This document shows, one piece after another, positions 9,506 through 18,328 of a stretch of 64,000 bases of DNA. A program made the position numbers and the translations under genes. The DNA is taken from IMG/VR virus record IMGVR_UViG_3300009129_001089; one strand, written 5' to 3'. This DNA is from a virus. How positions within the stretch are numbered: the first letter of the stretch is position 1; each line of letters opens with the position of its first letter. The notes under the pieces are model-generated. The model ran no database searches. It had not been told where the DNA came from and worked only from the letters and a program-made list of their open reading frames with translations.

Positions 9506-10332
9506 GCGTTTCCGAACAAGTGTACATGTAATCTAGGACTAAATCTATATCCATATTCTAACGCAAGTTCAGCAACATCTTTTTCTGTAAGTTCTAGCCC
9601 TTCAACTGTACCGCCACATGGCATTAAATATACCGGAACATTTAATCCATAGGCATGTTCTGCTGTTTTTACTTCTTTTATATCTTCTTTATCTTGTACT
9701 ACAAATTTTAAATACAGCTCGCTATTTCGTACTCTATTATATTCTTGTACAACCTCAGGCTTTATTGCATTTTTCCAATCCTCACCACTAATCCATAATT
9801 TAGGACTACACGACCAAGTTATATGTATTTTACGTGCATTTAAAAAATTTTTAAAGAAAGGAGTTAATTCTTGTGTCGCATTTGTTTCAATTGTAATATG
9901 TTCCAATCCTGCAAATTCTTCTTGTGATAATAAATCAGGTAACGTTTTTTGCCAAAGCATAGGTTCACCACCAGTAAGAATTAAATGTATACCATTCCAG
10001 TTTTTATGTGGTGTTAAATTTAATAATTTTTTCGCAACTACAGAGTTTTCCTCGTTAGTTGCAATGTGTTTATATAAATGTGACCAAGATGCACTTGTAT
10101 CACATCCTATTTCTGGAACAGGAAGATCATGATATGATTTATAATTAAGTCTATTTGGATCTGTAACATGTGGCATTTGATCCTTTGGTATCCATTTAGA
10201 TTTATCTTTACCTTGACCAAATCCTCTACATTCAAAATTGCATCCAAACATACGCAAAAAGACACTAGGAGTTCCTACCCAACGACCTTCTCCTTGTATA
10301 CTATAAAATGCTTCTGAATATTTAATTTTCAT
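9493..10332 (-). CDS. queE: 7-carboxy-7-deazaguanine synthase (radical SAM)
   Basis: FYSIQGEG..G.PSVFLR.FGCNFEC...CDT, LTGGEP, IETN, SPKL, LKFVV, SPRLH. Confidence 0.9.
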   Translation of the reverse strand: MKIKYSEAFYSIQGEGRWVGTPSVFLRMFGCNFECRGFGQGKDKSKWIPKDQMPHVTDPNRLNYKSYHDLPVPEIGCDTSASWSHLYKHIATNEENSVVAKKLLNLTPHKNWNGIHLILTGGEPMLWQKTLPDLLSQEEFAGLEHITIETNATQELTPFFKNFLNARKIHITWSCSPKLWISGEDWKNAIKPEVVQEYNRVRNSELYLKFVVQDKEDIKEVKTAEHAYGLNVPVYLMPCGGTVEGLELTEKDVAELALEYGYRFSPRLHVHLFGNAWGT

Positions 10333-10504
10333 CTGTTATTATTTCAAATATTGCTTTATCACCTCTTGCTATTTTTTTAAGGATAACTTTATCATTTTCT
10401 TTTAAACCTAATGCCTTTTGTGCATCTAGAGGTAACACTACAGTTTTACCGTCATCTTCTACTTGAAGATCACTTACATTTATATTATACGTTTTATTTT
10501 CCAT
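10322..10504 (-). CDS. AbrB/SpoVT-like DNA-binding protein
   Basis: VVLPLDAQKALGLKENDKV. Confidence 0.6.
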   Translation of the reverse strand: MENKTYNINVSDLQVEDDGKTVVLPLDAQKALGLKENDKVILKKIARGDKAIFEIITDEN

Positions 10505-10512
10505 TTTGTCAA

Positions 10513-10803
10513 TTAGTTTATAGTATCACTTAATGGTGGTCCCATCGTATCTTGAAGACCATTAGTACTAATAAGAGGATTACCATGTTCGTCTAGTATT
10601 TGAAATTTTGTTGCTATTGTTATATTATCGTCTGATGCAAAATCAAATATAAATGTTTTATCATCTGCTCTTAGAGTTAAATTTGCCTGGGTAACAAAAG
10701 ATTCTGCACTTTCAAAATCTTGTGTCAATTTACCGGTAGTTAAAAATAATAATTTAGGAATACTATCTTTATACCTGGTAATTTCCTTTGCATGGGATGA
10801 CAT
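10513..10803 (-). CDS. Hypothetical protein
   Basis: Start trimmed to reduce overlap with HIT gene. Confidence 0.45.
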   Translation of the reverse strand: MSSHAKEITRYKDSIPKLLFLTTGKLTQDFESAESFVTQANLTLRADDKTFIFDFASDDNITIATKFQILDEHGNPLISTNGLQDTMGPPLSDTIN

Positions 10804-11146
10804 GTCTGATACCGCCTCTCGGATCTTCGACATCTCCTTTACGTCTTGGTATAAGGTGAATATGTGGCCAAAAAACAGTTTGACCCGCATCGGCACCATT
10901 ATTATACCCAATATTATACGCTTCAAAATCTCCATTTACAACTCCATTATTGCCCCAATTGTATGCCGCCGCAAAACATTGTATAATATTTACATGTTCT
11001 AATGTTTTAGGCACAAATAATAAATGGCCTTCTGTTACTGGAAAACCATCTTTATATACTATAAATCTACTTTCTTCATGCACTATATTATCATCTGGCC
11101 AAGGTGCATCCTGCCATTTTTTTAATTGCTGTTCGGATTCCACCAT
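10769..11146 (-). CDS. HIT-family nucleotide hydrolase
   Basis: DGFPVTEGHLLFVPK, NIG.NNG..AGQTV, PHIHLIPR. Confidence 0.88.
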   Translation of the reverse strand: MVESEQQLKKWQDAPWPDDNIVHEESRFIVYKDGFPVTEGHLLFVPKTLEHVNIIQCFAAAYNWGNNGVVNGDFEAYNIGYNNGADAGQTVFWPHIHLIPRRKGDVEDPRGGIRHVIPCKGNYQV

Positions 11147-11640
11147 TCCTCCCACGGAAAAACAATCCAACAAGGATCATCTACTTTATTAATTGTTGTA
11201 CCCGAATAATCGCAATCAAAGTCACTCGGTCCATTATCTATTAAACATGCAGTTCTAACATTATTACCAAATATCATATCATTTTGCCATTTAGGATCTG
11301 CTGGTAAATTACCTTGTCGCCAATCCCTTTTAATCCAATTAAAAGTAGATCCGCTATCGTTAATATCATCAAAGACAAGAATATTTTTACCATCATATGC
11401 ATCTTCGGACATCCATGCATTACATTCTGTATCATCTTCGGTATGTTCTCCTATTCCGTCTGCTAATTGTACTTTTAACGTATACATTGGTACACCTGAA
11501 TAATGACTATACATTCCTGCAGGGAAACATCCTCCTCTAACAATACCTACTACATAATCAGGTTGCCAATCTTTCATACTCCGCATAATTTCATGAAGTA
11601 AAAATTCTATTTGTTGCCATGTATAATATATTTTTTTCAT
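11122..11640 (-). CDS. Purine phosphoribosyltransferase (Gpt/Hpt-like, type I PRTase)
   Basis: VGIVRGG, ILVFDDINDSGST PRPP loop, WIVFPWE. Confidence 0.85.
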   Translation of the reverse strand: MKKIYYTWQQIEFLLHEIMRSMKDWQPDYVVGIVRGGCFPAGMYSHYSGVPMYTLKVQLADGIGEHTEDDTECNAWMSEDAYDGKNILVFDDINDSGSTFNWIKRDWRQGNLPADPKWQNDMIFGNNVRTACLIDNGPSDFDCDYSGTTINKVDDPCWIVFPWEEWWNPNSN

Positions 11641-11654
11641 TTATATTCCTTAAA

Positions 11655-11713
11655 GTGGTGACCTGTAAAGAACCAGGAGCCAGAACTCCTGTCTGGAGTC
11701 CCCAGGCCACCTC
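11655..11713 (-). ncRNA. GC-rich structured element in PRTase 5' leader
   Basis: 9-bp stem GGTGGCCTG/CAGGTCACC enclosing alternative hairpins, just before SD TAAGGA. Confidence 0.45.
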
Positions 11714-11719
11714 TATTCT

Positions 11720-11938
11720 TTATGGTTTTTGTGTAATTGAATATTCAAAACAACCTTCAGGATAATTTCGAATACCATTATCTGTTTGTGCTCGGCGTTC
11801 TATTTCCTTGCCTACATTTTCCCGAAATTGTAATTCTTGTTCACACCATTCTTTTACTTGTTTTATTTCTGTGGTGTTTAAATTTTTAATATCTATTACT
11901 GTCATTGCGTTCCTTCCTCCTCTATCCAATGCCTGCAT
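11720..11938 (-). CDS. Hypothetical protein
   Basis: ORF track; true start probably the internal Met after GGAGGAAGG. Confidence 0.5.
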   Translation of the reverse strand: MQALDRGGRNAMTVIDIKNLNTTEIKQVKEWCEQELQFRENVGKEIERRAQTDNGIRNYPEGCFEYSITQKP

Positions 11939-12135
11939 ACAAATTGGTCACCAAACTTATCAATTTCTTCTTGAGGATAGCCATTGTCTACTAACCATTC
12001 TAGAGTATTTGTTATATTATTTGGTAAAATTTTTGGAAAACCATATTTCCAACCACTAGGTGGATCTATCCAGTGTAGGTACCCAACCTCCATCTTAACT
12101 TTGTTTTTCATATAATGTTCTGGGTTCCAAGGCAT
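11902..12135 (-). CDS. Hypothetical phage protein
   Basis: IDPPSGWKYGFPK...WL..NGYP motif. Confidence 0.65.
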   Translation of the reverse strand: MPWNPEHYMKNKVKMEVGYLHWIDPPSGWKYGFPKILPNNITNTLEWLVDNGYPQEEIDKFGDQFVCRHWIEEEGTQ

Positions 12136-12446
12136 TATACTCCCATCGCTTTTTCTTCGGCTTTAAAATAGTATTCACGTACTTCGTCGTCTGCTTCTAC
12201 TTCTTCTTTGCCGTCTTCTTGTATTAGTATTTTTGTAAGTGATCGAGTAGTTTCACACAAATCACTCTTTGCTTCAAAATTAATGCAATCTTCATCGTCC
12301 CAATCATAACAGTCAGCGGCATCATCACATGCTTCTTGCCATGTTTCCGCATCATAATATGTTTCTAATTCTATTGGTCCAACATCTTCTTCTTCGTCGT
12401 CATAAAGCCCTTCGGCTTCCCATAAAAATCTTACTCTAACACTCAT
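12135..12446 (-). CDS. Acidic hypothetical protein
   Basis: Very D/E-rich; coupled to neighbours. Confidence 0.6.
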   Translation of the reverse strand: MSVRVRFLWEAEGLYDDEEEDVGPIELETYYDAETWQEACDDAADCYDWDDEDCINFEAKSDLCETTRSLTKILIQEDGKEEVEADDEVREYYFKAEEKAMGV

Positions 12447-12667
12447 AATGGAAATCTCACTCCTTTTTCGGCCATTGCTTCATTAATAATATCCCTTACA
12501 CCTTGCAAGGCTTCTTCAATGGATTTGAATTGATGATTATCATATTTAACCCAATCACGACATTGTTGTTCAATATCCCATGCTATTAATGCCCAATCCA
12601 TTGCGTTGGATGCAACATTAAATTCATCTTTGTCTTCGGGCAAATTAAATTCAAGTTTTGCTTTCAT
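12443..12667 (-). CDS. Hypothetical phage protein
   Basis: MKAKLEFNLPED motif; ATGA overlaps. Confidence 0.65.
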   Translation of the reverse strand: MKAKLEFNLPEDKDEFNVASNAMDWALIAWDIEQQCRDWVKYDNHQFKSIEEALQGVRDIINEAMAEKGVRFPL

Positions 12668-13311
12668 TCTGAAAATCCTTTCATGCCTTTAAGTAATGCA
12701 AAAAATTCACGCTTTTGAGTTTCTTCTTCTCTTAAAGATCCTCGTACAATAGATGTAGTCATATCACTCTCGTGTTCTTTGACACCTCTATGTGTTAAAC
12801 ACATATGTTCTGCTTTTATAACTACTGCAACTCCTTTTGCTTGTGTTTCCTTTTCAATAAGATCTGCAATTTGTACTGTCATTTCTTCTTGTATTTGTGG
12901 TCTACTTGCTACCCAATCCACTAGCCTATTAAACTTTGATAAACCAATAACATTTTCACCAGGGAATATACCAATCCATGCATTACCAACAATAGGCTGA
13001 AAATGATGAGCACAGGTCGAACGGATTTTAATCGGTCCTGAAATATAAAGTTGATCATATTGATTTGCATTTGGAAATGAAGTTATACGTGGTTTAGGTT
13101 CGTATCTACCAGCAAAGATTTCACGTACTAACATCTTTGCTACACGTTTTGCGGTTTCTTGTGTATTGTGGTCGTTTTCTGTATCTATTAACAATGCATC
13201 TAATACCTTTTGAAAACGTTTTTCAACTTTTCGTTCTATTTTAGCAATACCTTTTTCTGTAACTATATCACTAATGTTATCATTGCATCGTTTTCCGTCA
13301 TAATTTATCAT
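12664..13311 (-). CDS. folE: GTP cyclohydrolase I
   Basis: TAKRVAK, STCAHH, IGLSKFNR, PQIQE, EHMC..RG. Confidence 0.95.
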   Translation of the reverse strand: MINYDGKRCNDNISDIVTEKGIAKIERKVEKRFQKVLDALLIDTENDHNTQETAKRVAKMLVREIFAGRYEPKPRITSFPNANQYDQLYISGPIKIRSTCAHHFQPIVGNAWIGIFPGENVIGLSKFNRLVDWVASRPQIQEEMTVQIADLIEKETQAKGVAVVIKAEHMCLTHRGVKEHESDMTTSIVRGSLREEETQKREFFALLKGMKGFSE

Positions 13312-14420
13312 GTGTTTAATTTTTCTAATAATGGTTTGCAACTAAAAAAGTTTTGTGATAACTTATATGCTTCATCTACTATTGTAGGATATAACTCATT
13401 ATATTTGTCCATTCTTTGGACGATTACATCAATTAATTGTTTTTTGTGTTTTTGATAATTGCCCCAATCTGTAGTCCATTCTGATGGATATTTAAATTCC
13501 CAATCATACATTTCACTATAAGAAAGCCTATCTGGCACCAATGGAATTGCCCCAACTAATGCTCCTTCATATGGGCTAATACCTAATGTTTCTTGTAAGT
13601 TGGCACTAAAGACCATTTTTGCTCTCTTTAGTATAGCATGATACTCAGGTTTTGTCAACTGTTTATCTTGACATACTATCCACTTGTATTTAGGCAATGC
13701 CGTTGTTAAATCTCTAAATATCTCTGGTTGTTTTTCGGGTGCTATTCTATGTGGGAATACTATTAAATTTTCTTTTTCCGGTTGTACATTGTTATCAAAT
13801 AATGTTGTCTTTGAAGCATCTTCTAAATACTCCATTGGCCAACCTGTACGTACTATTTTACTTTTAAGTTTTTCGTGAAAGAATTGGTTACTAGGCACAT
13901 CTGCTGATTCTTCAAATGTTCCAGTAAATGTATAATTAAATAATGTTTCTACAAATAATTTAATATGAAAATTAGTAGCAAAATAGTTATAATCTGAAGC
14001 ATGAAAAATGCTCCGCTCAAAATCAAAAGTCCACTGCTTATCATTAATTAACCTTCCTAAAAAATCATGTGGATCATACGATCCTGCATGCCACATTGAA
14101 TGAATTGTTACAGGTACTTGGAGCAGTTCGCTCATATACTTCAATGTTATAATACCTGGATGCCAAGCATCTGTAAATAAAAAATGATCTCCTGCTTTAA
14201 CTGTACCATCGCAGAACATCCTACCCATTGTTTCTATTTGTTTTGCTTTATAAATGTTAGTGCCACCAAAGTTTAAAAATGCACCTGGGGTAGTTGCTTT
14301 AGGTATGTCGTCTGCTCCTTCGATAGGTACAGATCCTTTTATTAGTTCAGGTAAATGCCATTTCCATTCACATGTATATCTAGATTCAACTGATTCTAAA
14401 TCAACTATGTAAACTGTCAT
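13308..14420 (-). CDS. GT-B (GT4-like) glycosyltransferase
   Basis: FPHRIAPEKQPE, QETLGISPYEG donor-binding motif, PDRLSYSE. Confidence 0.85.
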   Translation of the reverse strand: MTVYIVDLESVESRYTCEWKWHLPELIKGSVPIEGADDIPKATTPGAFLNFGGTNIYKAKQIETMGRMFCDGTVKAGDHFLFTDAWHPGIITLKYMSELLQVPVTIHSMWHAGSYDPHDFLGRLINDKQWTFDFERSIFHASDYNYFATNFHIKLFVETLFNYTFTGTFEESADVPSNQFFHEKLKSKIVRTGWPMEYLEDASKTTLFDNNVQPEKENLIVFPHRIAPEKQPEIFRDLTTALPKYKWIVCQDKQLTKPEYHAILKRAKMVFSANLQETLGISPYEGALVGAIPLVPDRLSYSEMYDWEFKYPSEWTTDWGNYQKHKKQLIDVIVQRMDKYNELYPTIVDEAYKLSQNFFSCKPLLEKLNT

Positions 14421-15060
14421 ATATCTCCTTTACTTTCTCGACTGGATCGCTCGCTTCAGTAATAGATCTTCCAATAACCAAGTAATCAGCACCGAGTTCG
14501 TATGCTTCTCTTGGTGTTGCTGTTTTTGATTGTCCTTTAAGTTCTGTTTTTTCATATTTTATTCCTGGGCAAACCCTAATTAAATTATAATCAGGATCGA
14601 TTCTATCAATATGATGCAAATCTGGAACCGAACATACAATTCCATCAAAATTATGTATTATTTTACCTATATGTTCTTTCCATATATCATGTGAAGTTTC
14701 TTTATATAATTGTAATTCTTCTACAGATGACCACGATGTTAAAGATGTAACACCTAATAATCTAATATCGTTATTATATTGTGAAAGGAGATCAAATACT
14801 TCGGGATTGTTAAAGGTACTTATTGTTGTCATTGATGCACCTTTGGCAATAATTTTTTCTACTATAGTTTTAATTGTATTAGGTGTATCCCATAATTTGC
14901 AGTCTATAAATAATTCTTTATCAGTGTAATCTTTAATATACACAGATTGGCTCCATAACGCATGATTAATTTTAAACCCGTCGACATGGTCACGTAACTT
15001 TGCGGCCATTTCTAGTGCTTCTAACGGATTAGTATAATCTAATGCTACTATTATGCTCAT
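14401..15060 (-). CDS. pyrF: Orotidine-5'-phosphate decarboxylase
   Basis: IVALD, DCKLWDTPNT (DxKxxD), LTS, PGI, LVIGRSIT. Confidence 0.9.
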   Translation of the reverse strand: MSIIVALDYTNPLEALEMAAKLRDHVDGFKINHALWSQSVYIKDYTDKELFIDCKLWDTPNTIKTIVEKIIAKGASMTTISTFNNPEVFDLLSQYNNDIRLLGVTSLTSWSSVEELQLYKETSHDIWKEHIGKIIHNFDGIVCSVPDLHHIDRIDPDYNLIRVCPGIKYEKTELKGQSKTATPREAYELGADYLVIGRSITEASDPVEKVKEIYDSLHS

Positions 15061-15061
15061 G

Positions 15062-15274
15062 TTAGTTTGTTAAAATGACTTTCTGGTCTATTAAATCGCC
15101 AAATATTACACCACATACTTTATCGACACAATCTTCTGTTATTATAACAAAATCACCTAATGCATCTATTATAATGTATCCGCCGTTCTGCTTATACCGA
15201 CGAACTTCATAATCACCGATTACATCTACGTGAGTAGATACATCAATTATTTCTCTAAAATTTTCTAGGTTCAT
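15062..15274 (-). CDS. Hypothetical protein
   Basis: ORF track, operonic. Confidence 0.5.
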   Translation of the reverse strand: MNLENFREIIDVSTHVDVIGDYEVRRYKQNGGYIIIDALGDFVIITEDCVDKVCGVIFGDLIDQKVILTN

Positions 15275-15725
15275 CTACTTGATATGTGCCACCCCTGCCA
15301 TCAGAATATACTTTTCCAATAGCTTCGGTTCGTTGATATTCTTCTTTAAACTTAATTGGATTAGTTGGGTTTATATTAATAAATTCAACCAAACAACCAT
15401 TTTCGCCATCTTCAGATACTTCAATACTAAAATGTCTATGAGGATATTTTTCTTGAATATATTCTCCTAGTTCATCTGCCATCATTTCACATGATTTATA
15501 ATCTAATTGCAAAGTACCTTCTGTATATAACCCTTCTAGTTCACGTTTAAAAAGAATAAATTCTACTTCACGATCATCGTGGAATACTTGTAAATCTACT
15601 CTAAAATGAAACATATGTCTATGTTCATTTGCAAGAAATTCTACTCCTGGATGATTAATAGCATCTGGCCATTTATGTAATCCTTCTTTTTGAAAAGTTA
15701 CAAAAATACGTTTATTATTTTTCAT
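15255..15725 (-). CDS. dpdL: QueD-paralog T-fold protein, DpdL-type (putative CDG decarboxylase)
   Basis: LANEHRHMF = LxxxHRHxF rather than the QueD CxxxHGH; SCEM; VSEDGENG. Confidence 0.65.
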   Translation of the reverse strand: MKNNKRIFVTFQKEGLHKWPDAINHPGVEFLANEHRHMFHFRVDLQVFHDDREVEFILFKRELEGLYTEGTLQLDYKSCEMMADELGEYIQEKYPHRHFSIEVSEDGENGCLVEFININPTNPIKFKEEYQRTEAIGKVYSDGRGGTYQVDEPRKF

Positions 15726-15885
15726 CTTCTTTTTCTATTCCTAAATATTTTTCTACTCGTTGGGCAGTTTGATAGAGTTCCCATAATTTCCAATCCATTG
15801 CTTCCATGGTTTTAAGCATAGTTTTTAATAAATCGTCAGTTGATGATTCATCTTCTTTAATTAATTTAATTTTTTTATTACTCAT
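15715..15885 (-). CDS. Small hypothetical protein (56 aa)
   Basis: Manual ORF MSNKKIK...MDWKLWELY, overlapping both neighbours. Confidence 0.6.
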   Translation of the reverse strand: MSNKKIKLIKEDESSTDDLLKTMLKTMEAMDWKLWELYQTAQRVEKYLGIEKEDEK

Positions 15886-16391
15886 AATATTTTATCGCTT
15901 TTATATTTGTCCCAGGTTGTTTTATTATCGTCTGTACAAACATCCGATAAATTGAAACACCAAACACCATTATTTGTTGCTTCAAAATCTATATCATCAA
16001 TTTTAATATTTAAATTAGGATTTTCATGTTCTAATTCAGGAAAATGCAATGATATTTGTGGTATAAAATTTTCATTTTTATACAAATTATTAAGTTCTTT
16101 TATTACATTATTATGATAATTAATTGGATAATTTAAAGAAACTAAATATCCTGCTGTTATACATTTGTTTACAGTATTATAATTCCAATCTAAATTAGGA
16201 ACAAAAGAATGATTGGCACCTAAGTAAATATGTTCTACTTTATTTTCTTCGGCATGTTTAATTATTTTACTCGTGGGTTGGAGCCCCGCAACAAACAATG
16301 TGCGGAGCCCATGTGCCTTTGTGTTTTCTACTTCTGTTCCAATGAAAAAACTTACATCAGTAGATTTTCCAGTTTCGTAGTCTCTCAGCAT
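15882..16391 (-). CDS. Uncharacterised alpha/beta protein of the deazaguanine cluster
   Basis: FFIGTEVE, TLFV, HIYLGANHSF, KIDD..F..TN.GVW. Confidence 0.65.
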   Translation of the reverse strand: MLRDYETGKSTDVSFFIGTEVENTKAHGLRTLFVAGLQPTSKIIKHAEENKVEHIYLGANHSFVPNLDWNYNTVNKCITAGYLVSLNYPINYHNNVIKELNNLYKNENFIPQISLHFPELEHENPNLNIKIDDIDFEATNNGVWCFNLSDVCTDDNKTTWDKYKSDKIL

Positions 16392-16460
16392 TTTTAATGT
16401 TTTGTAAAATATTCAAAAGGCCAGGTATGCCATCACTATTGCGTGATTCGGCAATTCCCT

Positions 16461-16697
16461 CTAAGCCACTAGTTTCAAGAATTCCTTCTTCACTTTCTGG
16501 TACAGGGACAATTTTTGATTTCGAATTGCCTGTTGTTTTCGATAAGCTCTTATGCACGAAATGATTTCCTCGTTATTAAGGTTGGTGCCCAAAAATACGC
16601 TCTTTCCATAATCTTTAAGGTTTATTTCTCCGTTGGTACAATCGTGTTTTACGATTTCCTGCTTATGATCAACCGACATGGATTTAAATAACAACAC
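16461..16697 (-). CDS. Hypothetical protein
   Basis: SD AGGAGA and TAAATA upstream. Confidence 0.5.
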   Translation of the reverse strand: MLLFKSMSVDHKQEIVKHDCTNGEINLKDYGKSVFLGTNLNNEEIISCIRAYRKQQAIRNQKLSLYQKVKKEFLKLVA

Positions 16698-16747
16698 CCC
16701 AAGCGATCTCTCCTTTAGTAATATTTTAACATATCTAGTTATTTATG

Positions 16748-17689
16748 TCAAGTGATTTCTTTAACTCTTTTTGTGAATTTTTTAATTGCTGTTTGATATC
16801 TAGGATCTGCTTCTTCCCAGGATTTCCATTCTCCTGGTTTAGTTTCTCGCATTCCTTTTAATAATTTGAAAAATTGACTACTCCGAATATAATCTTTTAT
16901 TTGTGGCATCACAGGTTCGGTGCGGTCATAGAATGTATATCTAAATCTTACCGCTTCAGATTCAATCATAGGATCAAATTCTATAGGACTTAAATTATGA
17001 ACTCTATAACCAAATTCAGGATGATCTCTTTCTAAATCGTCATCTCCATATCCAGGTAATCGATCTGTTTGCCCAGTATATGCTAAATCATCTGTTTCCC
17101 ATTCACCTGTTTTTTGATTTAATTTTTTAGAAGTTGTACTTTTAAGTGTATGTTCTTGTGTTAAATGCATAAGCTCATGTCTTAGAGTAGAATTAACACG
17201 TTGTAATGTATAATGTATTTCTCTAAATTGCTCCTTAGGCTTATCTTGAATTAGTATATCCTCCATAATATCGCCCATTATTATTCTAATGGTATGGAGC
17301 CATTTATTTTTACGTACACCAGTTTGGTGTGTTCCTTCTGCCTTTTCATCGGCACCAGGTTTATATACTAATTGTAGTTTAGCATATCCTTCTTCGGTTT
17401 CTGTTTTAGGTGTGTATCTTTTAGGAAAGTCGTCTGGTTTAATATCTATTTCAAGTTTATTATTTTTTCCTTTAGACCAATTTTGCTCAATAGTTATACC
17501 TTTTTTGTTTGCTACTTTGGCAACCATGCCCTTAATATTATCATGTTCTTGTTCATAATCGTCTCTATGAACCTTATAATGATACATGTAATTAAGCATT
17601 TCTTGCTCTAAATGAGCAGAAAATACTTTATATATTCGTTCTGGATATTTTACTAATGCTTCAGATATTTTTAATTGATTTAACTGCAT
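16748..17689 (-). CDS. Zincin-like metallopeptidase, putative head-packaged
   Basis: TLRHELMHLTQ, downstream PIEF; KISEA tag; TAAATA 17694-17699. Confidence 0.6.
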   Translation of the reverse strand: MQLNQLKISEALVKYPERIYKVFSAHLEQEMLNYMYHYKVHRDDYEQEHDNIKGMVAKVANKKGITIEQNWSKGKNNKLEIDIKPDDFPKRYTPKTETEEGYAKLQLVYKPGADEKAEGTHQTGVRKNKWLHTIRIIMGDIMEDILIQDKPKEQFREIHYTLQRVNSTLRHELMHLTQEHTLKSTTSKKLNQKTGEWETDDLAYTGQTDRLPGYGDDDLERDHPEFGYRVHNLSPIEFDPMIESEAVRFRYTFYDRTEPVMPQIKDYIRSSQFFKLLKGMRETKPGEWKSWEEADPRYQTAIKKFTKRVKEIT

Positions 17690-17696
17690 ACAATAT

Positions 17697-18326
17697 TTAT
17701 TCTAAAAGAATAGGAAAGCAAGGAGGCAAAGGACGAGGGTCTTCGACATGTATTTGTCCTATTACATCAAAAGCAATAGTTATTCTTGACTCATCTTTTT
17801 CCCAAATTGAACTATGATGATTTACACTTTTAGTAACTTGAACTTGACCATTTTTATTTTCAATTGGAACATGGTATTCTTTACCTTCGGGGTCTTTCCA
17901 TGAATATGTAGTAGTTGACGGTTCGGCATTTATAGAAACATGCCCTACCATATGAAAATTATGTGTGTGTGGAAATACTTGTCTACCTTTTCTAGTTAAT
18001 GTTGCCCAACAACCTAAATATGTAACAGGTTCTTTAAATTTAGTAAACTTAGTAAATTCTTTAATACCTTTCATTATTATTTGATAAACTTTAAATAATT
18101 CAGGTTCATTTAATAATAAAATATTCCAGCCATTCCATTTTATAATCATTTCGTTGACAGTTCCTGGTTCTTCATTATAATGTCCTTTATCAACTTCTAA
18201 TTTTAAAATTTCTGGTTCTATTTTTTCGACAAATTTTATTATTTTATCATAGTCTAATTCTATACCATGTTCTTTTGCTGGTACTGTAGTTACTGGAAGC
18301 ATGTTATGATATACTGTAGTTGGCAT
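17697..18326 (-). CDS. 2OG-Fe(II)-type oxygenase (HxH variant)
   Basis: CW......QVFPHTH, HH, SRITIAFD. Confidence 0.65.
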   Translation of the reverse strand: MPTTVYHNMLPVTTVPAKEHGIELDYDKIIKFVEKIEPEILKLEVDKGHYNEEPGTVNEMIIKWNGWNILLLNEPELFKVYQIIMKGIKEFTKFTKFKEPVTYLGCWATLTRKGRQVFPHTHNFHMVGHVSINAEPSTTTYSWKDPEGKEYHVPIENKNGQVQVTKSVNHHSSIWEKDESRITIAFDVIGQIHVEDPRPLPPCFPILLE

Positions 18327-18328
18327 AA

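Noticed and set aside
10804-10935. Long hydrophobic N-terminus of track ORF 10513-10935
   Set aside because: Overlaps the HIT coding region in another frame; a later Met is more plausible
15255-15725. Calling this gene canonical queD
   Set aside because: Lacks CxxxHGH and has LxxxHRHxF; QueD activity is not excluded but is not supported
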